Shown here: in pieces, positions 11,101-22,505 of the stretch
Layout of the letters: every line of letters starts with the position of its first letter
Position numbering within the stretch: the first letter of the stretch is position 1
Source: Balanoglossus misakiensis
Lineage: Eukaryota; Animalia; Hemichordata
DNA length: 64,000 nucleotides
Direction: 5' to 3'
Assembly: GCA_040954595.2 (NCBI GenBank)
Contig: CM082597.2
Coordinates: 5,895,244-5,959,243, forward strand
The notes under the pieces: generated by a model
What the model was told of the DNA's origin: nothing
What the model saw: the letters and a program-made list of their open reading frames with translations, nothing else
The model's database searches: none
Program-made: the position numbers and the translations under genes

Positions 11101-14100
11101 GTGTGTGTCTTGTCAGAAAATGCCGCGCTGTAGCTCAAAATGGCGACTTGCTTTTCGGAGAAATGTCGCCAAATCCAAACACGTTGCCATAGTTTTGACT
11201 ATCACTTACGCACGTAAACGAATGGATGAAATACGAACTTACCTGTTGTACACTTGTCGCTAGAACACAAACATTCTGCGCCGAAAATAGTGTTAATGCA
11301 AATTTCATCACAACCACCATTGTAATCATCACACGGACCTGGCGAAGAACGTTCATACAAAATCAGAGATGTTACAATTTTGTTTTTTTTTAATTTTCCA
11401 CCAATTTGTGTGCATCGCAATGTCACCAGGGTTATATCTACAAACAATTGTCAGAATATCCGCCACAACTTTTATTATTAATCTCTGTTACATGTGTTCA
11501 GATCATTTAAGGAAATATTGGGGTGTGTGGAAAAGTCTTCGTTTATAGCTGAGTTGATCCGTCTAATTCTCGCTACCTGAAATAGGTTTTTGCTACCTAG
11601 GTGAGTGATGAAAATCTCATATGGTCGACACAATTACAAGATGGCCGATTTTTGCCATGTTTAAGAAATGGAAGTTCATAAGCTAAAGTGACATTGGGTC
11701 ATAAACAATGCCCATATGTCAATACACAATAAGTCTATGGGTCTAAATCTAATAGAGGGGAGTTGTCATGCAAAGCCTGTCTTGAACAGTAGAAAATTCT
11801 CAACAACATGGTCATGTTTACCTGTTTGTCTTGGCTGAAGACTGTCGTGAAAAAACTTCAGGGTCATGGGTTCACTCGACAAAGCCACTCTCTGCACAAC
11901 ACTCTTACTTACGATGTCTATCACCTCGATGAAGTTATCTGTCCCTTCCGCTATGAAAAGAAAGTCCTGTTGACGTGGAAATACCACATAGTTAACACAG
12001 TGACATGCAAAATCTTGGTGTGTTCATAATAGCGTCGTCGCTGTGGAAACGCAGCTGTTCCGCCGGGGGTATGCTAATTAATATTCTAATCAATATGTTA
12101 ATTAATTAGCATACCCCCCCCCCGGCGGAACAGCTGCGTTTCCACAGCCAATAGCGTCGCATCTTACGAAAAGTCAACACCAGTAGGATGAATGGTAACA
12201 AAATACTTCAATACCGGGCCTTCAATAATTTGCATGTTCATTTTCTCATGATGGTAAAAAGATGTTGTAAATATTAGCTGTCAATATTGTCATCATTATT
12301 ACCTTAAACCATTCCATATTATCATACACTTGCTATCGCCATGTATACATGTAAATGGATGCATTTGTAAATGTTCCTGTACATTGACAAAAGTGATACT
12401 TCTATACCTGAAAGATGGTCATCCCTTTGAAGGTCACACTGCTTTGCATAGAAAAATCATAAAGCACTTCACGTGACTGTCCATCTAAATCAACAGATTC
12501 GATAAGATGTGTTCCTTGATCAGCCCAGTAGAGTCTAGAATTTAATACAATTGGAAGAAGTATAAGGGTTTTACGTTAATTTCCTTCTGTATATTGTTAC
12601 GTGGGAGAAGTTTTCTATTGTTTTCGTGGCCAGGTGCACCTATGTTTATTTCTTTATTTAACATATTAGCGTGACCAGGTGTTAGTTTTTTGGTCGTATA
12701 AAAGCCACCCAGTGCCACGTTGTCGCGCGACTCATTTTGATTCTGGTCTGGTAGCTGTGCCGTCGCCTTGGAGGAGTTTTGGGAGCCCACCGTACGGAGT
12801 TTGCCTGTCGAATGTGGTAGCTGAAGATTGAAACTGCCGAATTAAGGGACTTGGTGAAGCCGTGGTGGATGTTTCCGAGGACGCCGCGTGGAATGTGGGA
12901 GCCGTCCTGAGGGAGCGCGTCTCCGTGTGACTGTGGAACTGTATTTGAGGTAATACGTGGCTGTCTTTTGTCCGCTGGCGTTAAACGGACAGAAAGGCCA
13001 GAATTGTTGTGCGTTGGGTGAAAGGCCAGTATCGCCGTGCGTCGAGTCACCGAACTGTTTGAGACTTTGAACTTGTTAGGAATATTTGTTTTGGTCACCT
13101 GGTCACGCTCGAGTTTAGTTTGTAGTTTATTTTTTTTTATATTAGTTAACATAGTGTGAATATTACTCGTATCTGCAATTAAATTAATACGGTAAACAGA
13201 CTGGTTTGTTGTACGTGTGCTGTCTTTGACCATTTCTTTTGTTGCGGCCTGTTGGCCGGTCCGGGTGTAAAACAAGCCACCCGGTCAGGTAAATTGGCCT
13301 CTCTATTATCCGCATATTTTGGCTTGGACGGCCTGCGGGTCGTAACAATATAAAGAACACTTTTTGGTGAAGAAAATGATGGAGCGACGCAAAAAGTAGT
13401 CCCTAAATTGTAATCTCGGTGACGGAAAGACTTTTAGCTCAACTTTCAAGGTGCAGAAGTGTTCAAAAAAAGGATGTTAATGTTTCATGTTTTCAAGTAT
13501 ACCTGTCACGACTGATGTCTATGGCCAGTTGAGCTGGACATGCAATGCCCGATTGGACGATAACCTCACGCCATCTTCCGGCCAGGTCTGATCTTTCGAT
13601 TTTGGCATTAGACCAAGTGTGTGTCCAGTACAGATACCTGAAGGAATTAATATTCAATATAGTTGCTGTTATAATCCTCGACAACATGATTCAACGTTAA
13701 AGGGACAAAAACTCGCCAAAATGAATAATCGCTCTCTGCCATTTATTCATTTTGAGCGAGTTTTTACTCTCATATCATACAAACGGGATGGAAGTTGTGC
13801 GTGGTTGAGTGTTCATTCACTACATATACGCATGTAGCCTACATTAAAATAAACAGTGTCTTGTATCAAGCTTTACTCCACAATGGTCAAATGCACGCCG
13901 AGCTGAATACTTTGTGAGATGTTTCAATGGTCTGTGCATACATTTTGGTTGCGTGGACTGCTATGGCATCAGGCTTGTCAACTTCTACTGAAATCAACGT
14001 CGTGGCGTAACGGCCGTCCATATCTGACACCATGATGCGTTGCTGAGTGCGGTCGGTCCAGTAGACGTTCCGAGCCATCCAGTCTACAGCGATTCCTGCG

Positions 14101-17100
14101 TGAAGTGACCACATCTAAATGTTATACGTCTATGTCAATTTGATAATAAAAGACAAATTGTATGCATGACTCAACCTTTCCATTTGGTACGGTCATGTAC
14201 GATGCACAAAACGATCATGCACAAAACGAATATGTCAGTAATCATGTGTTTTATAACACACCAAACACGACACGCACCACATCCAGGCAACAGTACCGGG
14301 CAGAAACCGATCGAACTGATGCCCTAGGGAACAGTTCGAAATGACTAAGGTCACGTGACGGCGTATTGACGAATCACGATCGAGGGTTCGCTGCATGGTG
14401 TGTTATAAAACCAATGGTACTTTTACCTTGGACCTCAGAAGATTCATATTTTGCGATGAAGCTCCATGGCCCGTCCTCCCCCAGTCTCTTCCTGGCGATA
14501 CCTTGTTCTTGGACAGAGGAGACGTAGGCGAAGATGTAAAGCCCGTCCACGTCAACGTCCATGGCTGAGACGCTTCCCTGGGTGAAGCACGTGTGGGAGG
14601 GGTCTGGATGATGAGCGACGTTTACCGGAAACTTGCACAGCTGATCATCCATCGCGAAGAGTAGTTCGTGGTCAAATATCTTGCCGTAGTCTAGAAACGG
14701 GTATATGAAAAATGCATATCCATCAAAGACGTTATTAAGGATGTACGCGCAGAACGTCAACTGGTAAACTGCGCACCTGCGTCTCTTCCCATAGGATTAA
14801 ATTGATAATTGATGGAAAACATACTTCCACTATTGTCATTTTCATGAAATTTTAACATAGCTCAGTCAAACAAAAATAAATTCACCGGTCTAATAAAATC
14901 GTATGGTCACCTCGCTCTATTTTGAGATTTTGCCCATAGACAAACCATTGGTAAAAAATGCTGACTCGGCAGTTTTCTTCAATTATAGACTTAATTGTAT
15001 TGCAAAAACAAGCTCGGTGACTCCTATATATTTTATTACGGAGGACATTAATGTGAATACATATATATTTGGGGAAAGTGTAAATTCTGAATACAGAAAA
15101 CGTGTTGAGACAAAATAGTAATAGTTCAGATATTTCTGTCCTTCTCCCTTCGTTTTATTTTACCTTCGAGACAGGTGTGTTCATCCAGTCCTGGTTGGCA
15201 TCCATGACTGCATAGGCACTTGTGACCGGCCGGCTTGCTAACACACAGTTGGCTACAGTCAGCATTGTCACACGTAGCTAAAACGAGAGTATTGCGCATA
15301 TACCATTTAACTTCTGGCAAAAGTTAAAGCGCGAAGCTCGTCTCACGCGCATGCGCGTAACTTCCCAGCATATTTTCCGTTCGATGCATTCAAATAGTGC
15401 ACTGCCTTCGCTTCCTTCCATATTTCATGCGCACCGCAAAGTAGATTCTGGTTTTGTCCCTCCTTTTCACCCAAACTGGTGTCTTTTCACGATCTCCGAC
15501 ACAGATTATGGTCGCTGCCATCTTCTCTGTTGTTAGGACAGAGCACTGCCTTATGGGATTGACTGTTCACTAAATGTCTGTAACCAGTGGCTACAGTTGG
15601 AACATGCGTGTGAGACGAGCTACGCGGTTTAACAGAAGAGACAAACGAACATTGTATTTTATAGCAATGACAAAACAAATTCTCTGTGGATCTCGTCAGG
15701 TTAAGTTAGCAGAGCAGGTCGACAGCAGAGCAGGTAAAGTTAGCAGAGAAGTGTCGGTATCGGCCACCGTACAACTGGCATTTGTTTCATTCGATTACTT
15801 ACAGTCACCCATAGGTTGCCTTGAAGAAGAGAAGAACACCACCCCGTTCGGCGTGGTATATTTGATGTAGATCGCTATAATCGGGAACCGCACGTCGAAT
15901 GGCACAAGATGAAAATAATTATCGTCCCTATCGGTCACGAAGAAGCCGAAATCCTATTGCCATAAAAACAGAAATGTCTTTATTAGTCTTTTGATCAAAC
16001 AATCGTTCACACTAAAGCGCGTTGGAACCTATAGACGCTAACTGTGGGTGCAAATCAATTTAGTCAACTTCCCATTGGATACACCCTTTTTGAAAGTCTA
16101 TCGCCCTCATGTGGCCATCTTGAATTTCAACTCAAAGCTTATGAACTCCTATTCCTTAAATACATGGCAAAAATCGGCCATCTTGAAATTGTGTCGACCA
16201 TGTGAGATTTTTATCACCCACCTAGGTAGCCAAAAACCTATTTAAGGTCGGGAGAATTGGGGAATCTCTTTGATGTGATCGGTCAACTTCACCCATTGGC
16301 CTCGCTTTGAGTTCAAATTCATGATAGCTGCATGGTGGCGCTAGTAAAGGATGTATTAGGACAGCTAGATGCCATCAAACCGGAAATTACGTAACGTTTT
16401 TCTTCTGGTTAGAAGATGTACTTACTGGGTCAATGTCGAGTCCAAATATATCGACGAATGCCTCTGATTCCTTCAGTATAGTTGGGGTGGCTGTCGACGT
16501 CTTCATGTCAAGGCTCATTATTCGGCCATTCAGATTATCTGACCAGTAAAGCCTGTTTATCAAGACGGAAAAAAATACAGAACACCGGGAGTGGGAACTT
16601 CAGTAAATGCATGAGTATATGACTTTAAGGATGTACTGTCAGTAAAATTGAAAGTATTGTCATTTCTTTTAATTGTTGAGTTTTGGATTCTCTTTTGTTG
16701 GTATAATGAACATCCGTAATAAAATACAGGGGTCACCGCGCTTGTTTTTGAAATGATACAGAGCCATGAATTTAGTCGATAATAGAAGAAAACTGCTGGC
16801 TCAGCATTTTTCACCAATGGTTCGTCTATGGGCAAAATATTTAGCGAGATTTATCTCAAATAGTGGAAGGTGACCACATTATTTTATTTGACAACGAATT
16901 TCGTTTTACTTGACTGAGCTATGTGTATGTTCACCCAGAAACTATCATGTCATTTGGGGTAGGTGTAAATCAAATACATGTGTCTATGTGAGCTTACTCG
17001 TTTAATGACTTACACGTTTTGGTTGCAGTCGATAGTCATATGGACGGGTTTCCCGACCTCGTCACCAGAAAACAGCACCGCCCTTTCCTCGCCCGACAGA

Positions 17101-19666
17101 GTGGACCGTTCTATCTTGCATGTCTTGCCGACGTCAGACCAGTAAAGGTATCTGGAATCGTTGACACAAAAAAGAGTTCAGTATTGAGGTCGTACTGCAT
17201 ACTTAAAGGGACAAAGTCTCTCTCTCGCTGCCCCTTTTCCATTAATTATGTTTGATACGTATACAAGACACCGTTTATGTTATTCTACATGTGGATATAT
17301 AATGAATCAATGTTCTACCACACACAACTTCCATCCCACTTGTAGACACGAGAGTGAAAAACTCGCCAAAATGAATAATCGGTGTTTTTACTCTCATATC
17401 CTACAAACGGGATGGAAGTTGTGTGTGGTCGAACGTTGATTCACTATATATCAATGTGTAGAATAACATAAACGGTGTCTTGAATCAAATATAATTAATT
17501 AATGGAAAAAGGGCAGCGAGAGAGACTTTGTCCCTTTAGAAGCAACCAGTTACAGTAGATGACCTGTATCGTATCTCGATAGTACGTGTCAACGGTGGTA
17601 GTCTCTGCTGCGCATATTTTATGCTTTCGTGTCCGCAAGATTGATTACTACAAAAGAAATACTGTAAAACACTTTATTTTCGCGAGCAATAAATTTTAGC
17701 AAAATACGTGAGAGCCAAAATAGCATGAAAATAAAAAGTCGCGTAAATGTTTTTTGAAGATAACGATGCAGTGAATGAAACAAGAGAACATTAATACTCG
17801 TGAAACAGTGGCCTCTCTCGATATCGCGAAAATTTCAACTCGCAAAAATAAAGTGTTTTACAGTACATTATAAACAGTGTTCACCCCACAGCAATAAAAG
17901 CGTGGTGGCCACCACTCTTTAATTTTGAGAAGACAATAGAACTTAGTTAACATAACAATTGATTATGTTGTTATGCAAATTAGTCACTATTACAATCTGT
18001 CTCATTGTATGCAATGATTCCTGTAACTGCCATCTCTAGACTCTCTCACAGCCCTTCTCGTCGTCCATGCAGGCTTATGGACTGATTGCATGTGTGCCCG
18101 GCGAGAGGTTCGCTACACAACACCAAACGGTGCTTCTCCCTTGCCAAACGTTGGAGGCGCGTCAGTGAAGAGCCTTGTAGCGAACCGTGGGCTGTGAGAG
18201 AGTCTGCTGCCATCTCTTACCCGGTCAATGGATTGCACGCGATGCCAGACGGATGATCCAAACCGCTGGTGATCAGTGCACGGTGGTAGGTACCGTTGTA
18301 GTCGGCCACCTGTATCCAGTTGTAGGCGGCATCGGTCCAGTACACGTTGTTGGCCAGCCAGTCCACGGCAATGGACTCCACCCGGTTGGAAGTCCCTCGG
18401 TGCAACGGCCGGTAGGAGCCGTCGGCGAGCGATTGGCTGATGATCTCGTGGTGCCTGTTGTCACCGTAGAAGATCAGCGAATCGTCGTGGTCGTAGCTCA
18501 GCGCCACGAAGTGGGCTGCGTCGAAGGCCGTGCGAAGGAAGTATCCCAGAATACTCCCCCTGCTCTTGAAGCCGTCGTAGATTTCTTGACCGGTGCCGTT
18601 GAAGAACGACACGCGCGACTCAGAGTGGTCGGAATGACAGAACAGTACACTGGGATAGCCGTCCTTACGGTAACTGGTGTCGCCTGCTACACCTAAATAT
18701 GTGCAGTGGGGGATACATTGTCTCACATGTTTACAAGCGGGATGGAATTGTACTTGACGAATACATGAGAAGTCGGCCAGATTAGAAGTCGGTCAGTACG
18801 CGCGTATGAGAAGTCGGCCAGTACGAGAAGTCGCCAGTTGTTGAACTTGTACCCGAATAGTGCAGTAATGACCCAGATTACTAATAACAACACTTATAAT
18901 AAAATATAATTGCACTAAATATTTTCATTTGGACGGATTTCCCACATTCTTGACATCACACTGGCGTCATGCGTCCGGCGTCCGTACCGGTTCCCCGGTC
19001 CCGTATCCGCGTAAGGAGCTTAGGTTGTTCGCCAGATTCCTGTGACATTTCTGATTAAAGGGAGTTTCAAAGCCTACTTAAAATATATAGAAGATGTATG
19101 TGTATATTCATACTTTCTGAGACAACACCAAACAGACAAACGCGACGCGGAACAGACTACTAGCGCAGCGCAGTAAGTGCAGGTGACTCGGATGTTGACG
19201 TACCCCGGTGACGTACATGCGAAGTGAACAGACAGTTTAAAAATTCGTCGGCTATTTGTACAAATATCTCAGCTCCTGTTCTTCAAGGAAACATTTCGTA
19301 GTGAAACAGTTATATATAACACAAAGTACCAACGGTTCTCTCCCACAGGCCGACTTCTCGTACTGGCCGATACCGACTTCTCATACTGGCCGACTTCTCA
19401 GGACACCTACTTGACGGTTGATTCACTATACAACCACATGTACATTAACATAAACATTGTCTTGTATCAAACATAATTAATGGAAAATGGAGAAGAAGAG
19501 AAAGACTCTGTAAAGGTATTAGTGCCACGTGCATTTTTTTTTGCCAATATGTCTGTCATCGACCGTGACGGTAACTCCCACAAGTAAAGGCACCATGCTT
19601 ACCTTGTGCATCCAGGAAAAACAATACAGCTACCAGAGTGACCGCTTTCAAATTACACCTCGGCAT
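7317..19666 (-). CDS. LRP-like type-I membrane receptor: signal peptide, 2x(YWTD beta-propeller + EGF), 2x Sushi/CCP, EGF, TM, ~227-aa cytoplasmic tail; 1074 aa, 17 exons
   Basis: Exons on minus: 19666-19603, 18692-18221, 17151-17014, 16552-16426, 15953-15803, 15277-15164, 14690-14427, 14095-13942, 13637-13503, 12534-12408, 11966-11822, 11338-11243, 11054-10878, 10113-9943, 9004-8879, 8454-8373, 7998-7317. All introns are GT-AG, phases are consistent, and the total is 3225 nt with no internal stop. Motifs IAVDWLANNVYWTD, YLYWSD, IAVDWMARNVYWTD, LYWAD; TM segment TIVGLTSLIVAVSCTILVVFM. Confidence 0.85.
8133..8169. repeat. Poly-T tract (~37 nt) in the last intron of the LRP-like gene
   Basis: Directly visible homopolymer run. 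Confidence 0.85.
9170..9462. mobile_element. Unclassified element with a ~155-bp imperfect palindrome, inserted in a Kolobok-type copy
   Basis: Hairpin 9304-9459 (acacatgatggctgaca...tgtcagtcatcatgtgt). The 5' part recurs inverted at ~14243-14411. Flanks 9063-9125 and 9466-9690 match the element at 2908. Confidence 0.55.
10469..10872. mobile_element. Kolobok-type MITE family B (TTAA-ggatgtacg TIR); partial copies at ~14734-15040 and ~16625-16925
   Basis: TTAA-ggatgtacgt ... acgtacatcc-TTAA, with internal sequence shared among three introns. Confidence 0.8.
12040..12149. mobile_element. Tiny palindromic MITE with ~9-bp flanking direct repeat (aatagcgtc)
   Basis: Arms gctgtggaaacgcagctgttccgccggggg and its reverse complement. 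The direct repeat lies at 12028-12036 and 12150-12158. Confidence 0.7.
12595..13347. mobile_element. Solo LTR (Ty3/Gypsy-type), 753 bp
   Basis: TGTTACG...CGTAACA termini with perfect 4-bp TSD ATAT (12591-12594 and 13348-13351). Composition differs from the host intron. Confidence 0.75.
13697..13870. mobile_element. Internally deleted MITE family A copy
   Basis: TTAA-agggacaaa is joined directly to the central and right part of the family. Confidence 0.75.
15345..15549. repeat. Dispersed repeat, second copy at ~54773-55408
   Basis: Shared attcaaatagtg..ctgccttc...gatctccgacacaga.tatggtcgc.gccatct...gttgttaggacag.gcactg. Confidence 0.7.
17203..17539. mobile_element. Foldback MITE family A, near-full copy
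   Basis: TTAA-agggacaaagtctctctctcgctgccc ... gggcagcgagagagactttgtccct-TTAG. Confidence 0.9.
17660..17865. mobile_element. Tc1/mariner-type MITE (TA TSD, ctgtaaaacactttatttt TIR); also at 42671-42883 and 44434-44648, related copy 28584-28790
   Basis: TA-ctgtaaaacactttattttcgcgag ... ctcgcaaaaataaagtgttttacag-TA. Confidence 0.85.
18037..18206. mobile_element. 170-bp TIR element with 10-bp TSD (ctgccatctc), TAG-type terminus
   Basis: TIR tagactctctcacagccc / gggctgtgagagagtctg. TSD at 18027-18036 and 18207-18216. Confidence 0.8.
18759..19407. mobile_element. ~650-bp TIR element with 8-9-bp TSD (tacttgac[g]) and subterminal gagaagtcggccag repeats, nested in a decayed family-A MITE
   Basis: Direct repeat at 18751-18759 and 19408-19416. 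There are 3-4 copies of the motif at each end in inverted orientation. MITE A sequence resumes at 19417. Confidence 0.75.
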
Positions 19667-20560
19667 GTCTGTGTGACACTATGGACTGTGAGAAAAATTG
19701 TCACCTGAGAATTCGGTTCACTTTGACTGACTGACTGACCGACAATGTGGAAGTAACCGCGCTGACCGATAAGTACCCACTTTATGATTGTGGTTGTAAA
19801 TTTATACACTCATATGCATGTTATATGATAGGCGTACAACTACAAAATAATTAGTATAACCACTAAAGTCTCTCGCAAGTGGGAAGAACAAATACGGAAC
19901 ACTGTTTATTTCACTCCTGTATTTATTACATGAAGTAGCCTTCTTTGGGGTAATAACATTAATTTTACGTTTTAATCGGCGGTCTTCCAGTAGCATAATA
20001 CATTATTTAGTCTAGTTACCTACTTAGATAAATATTTTAAGTTCTTCACGATTGGTCAATTACTTGTAGGTGACATGTGCGCGTGCGCGAGAGGGCGTGA
20101 CTGCCGTTACTCTCAAATGAAAATTCACCAAAAACTGGAGATTTTTTATGGTGATATATATACCTGATTTTGACCACTGACTATAGGCACTTTTAGTTTT
20201 TAAGTTTCATTTCCTTTTTTTCGGATCCAATTCAAACTTTAAGGTAATGTTTCTGTATTGCATACGTTGAATCGTTTTGTCTCGGAGATGCATTTTTATA
20301 TGCACGAATACACAAACTATGGTAACCTACCCACGGCACATAACAAGCAAATCCGCAACTTGTCCACCCTGTTCAATGCTTGCACTCCAGACCACGCCGT
20401 CTCCGTATGTAAGAGTTTGTTGTTCCAGATCCGGCCGCGATTCAAATTTATGGCACCAAAGCTGTTTAGTTTACTCAGCCGAACCGGACCTTACTTTGAA
20501 GAGGTTCGCCTACTTAACCAGATTCGTGCGATAACATACCGCAGTCGCCGCGAGCACGTG

Positions 20561-20763
20561 CAAAGTCTGCCTCTCGATGCCCTTTTTCCATTAATTATGT
20601 TTGATACAAGACACCGTTTATGTTATTCTACATGTGGATGTACAGTGAATCAACGTTCGACCACACACAACTTCCATCCCGTTTGTAGGATATCAGAGCA
20701 AAAATCTCGCCAAAATGAATAAATGGTAAACACCGATTATTCAATTTGGCGAATTTTTCCCGC
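20561..20763. mobile_element. MITE family A, left half
   Basis: caaagtctgcctctcgatgccctttttccattaattatgtttgatacaagacacc... matches the family arm. Confidence 0.8.
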
Positions 20764-21010
20764 CACGTTGAACTGATGACAGGTTCTGACCACATGCGCA
20801 AACTTTGTGTGTTCAATGCCGAAACTTGAAAGGGATGTTTTGGAAACGAGTTTTCCATCCAACACAACGATGCCCAGATAAACAACCCCAAAGTCATAGT
20901 CTTCACACCAGCAAGAAATTAACTATTTAAATATTATAATTTTATGTACAGAGACAGGTATCTCTGCTCAGATTTCTTCCACAGCGATCTGAATAAGATT
21001 TATATTAACT

Positions 21011-21376
21011 TTAAAGCCCCTATAGCTGCCAAACTTCACATATTATTTTCCACTAAAAATACTTCAAATATATTCCATGTCCTCTAAAATCCTCACCATT
21101 AAGCCGTATTACTTGCATTTGCATCAGTTTGTCATCTCTTGGCGACGGATACCACGATAGCTGCGTACTGTTTGTATGGAGGCTGATTAAAACGGTGTGG
21201 CACCGTTTTAATACATAGCGTGTTCAAATTGCAACATGCAGTCACAATCGGGCATCGATAAGGTGTTCATGTATACCTCTATCAGTAAGACTACATGTAT
21301 TTAGATAGACCAATTTAAGTTGGAAAATAGAATCATGAAAAATAACGCAAAACAGTGGCAGCTCTGGAGGCTTTAA
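21011..21376. mobile_element. Kolobok-type MITE family C; second full copy at 28983-29341
   Basis: TTAA-agcccctatagctgcca ... tggcagctctggaggct-TTAA. The two copies are highly similar throughout. Confidence 0.85.
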
Positions 21377-21919
21377 TTGGATATAGGGGAAAGGCTAATT
21401 TCATGTACATGCACAATAAACCAATCGCCTTTTGTAATAAATCAGACAAAACTTGTCGGCAGGGGATCAGTATTGCAGTTTAATAATCAAGCGACTTCCT
21501 GTCAACGATAACGCGCGGACAAGCCGACGGCTTAGGGGTCGTTGATAATATCAGAACTTTGATGTGAAACTTCATAGCACTCTTTGTCGCATTTCGCGCT
21601 TCCAAACTTTCGTTTGTGGACGGGGTGGGTGGGGGGTGGTGAAGACAAAAGCAATTGGTTTGCGTTTGTCGTGAGCACTTTATCCACGATCCCTTACAAA
21701 TTGTCTATGTGTTTCCCCTAATGTTCACCGTTGGAGAAATTGGTACTAAGTATGTATCGATGTCAGTGTGTCTTGTTGTGACTTGTTGAAGGTTCAGCTG
21801 AGATCAAGGAATCTCTGGTCGCTGCTTCTGAGGCAAATTCTAATATTACCTATAGTCTAGTATTTTATCAGCTTTGCTTCCAAAACTACGTCAGCTCTGG
21901 AGTCATGCATGCCACTGGC

Positions 21920-22037
21920 TAGATGTGGTACGCAGCTGTACCGTTAGGGGGGGGGGGGGGTCTGATTACCACATAACCCCACGGGGTAATCAGCCCCCCC
22001 CCCCCCGCCCCAACGGTACAGTTGCGCACCACAGCTA
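21920..22037. mobile_element. 118-bp hairpin MITE, TAG...CTA ends, 9-bp TSD gccactggc
   Basis: TSD at 21911-21919 and 22038-22046. Arms carry a G-tract and C-tract and resemble the 12040 element (cgcagctgt.ccg). Confidence 0.8.
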
Positions 22038-22505
22038 GCCACTGGCCCAATAAAACCTGAAACCCATTGCTTTGTCGCAACTTGGTTCCAGGGCATAAGA
22101 CGTGAGATACAATGATCTACAAATATTATGCGCAAATTAGGACAAAAATATGTAATTTCTTCTTATACATAAGTATTTATTACGCTATTGATGGATGCGC
22201 CCTCTTTTGAGCGTAAACAGACAATTAAACGAAGAAGACGTGAACGAGGTCAGGTCCTAAACGAAGTAAAAAATTATTTTACCGTGCGATGGCGCTCTTT
22301 TTGGGGTAGTGATGACACGCGAGTGGCTGATTTGAATAACAATGCATGTGTTAATGTATTCGATCATCACATTGTGGGTGTACACTCACTCACTGTGCAT
22401 GCGATAGTGCAATGTGGTATTTGTGTCCGTCGTACAGTCCAGGTCGTCTGCGGCCGAAATTATCCGCATGAATACCGAGGGCAGTTGACGAGGGATATAT
22501 CCAGC

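Noticed and set aside
12682-13275. 197-aa ORF in receptor intron 9
   Set aside because: It lies within the solo LTR and has no gag/pol or other motifs.
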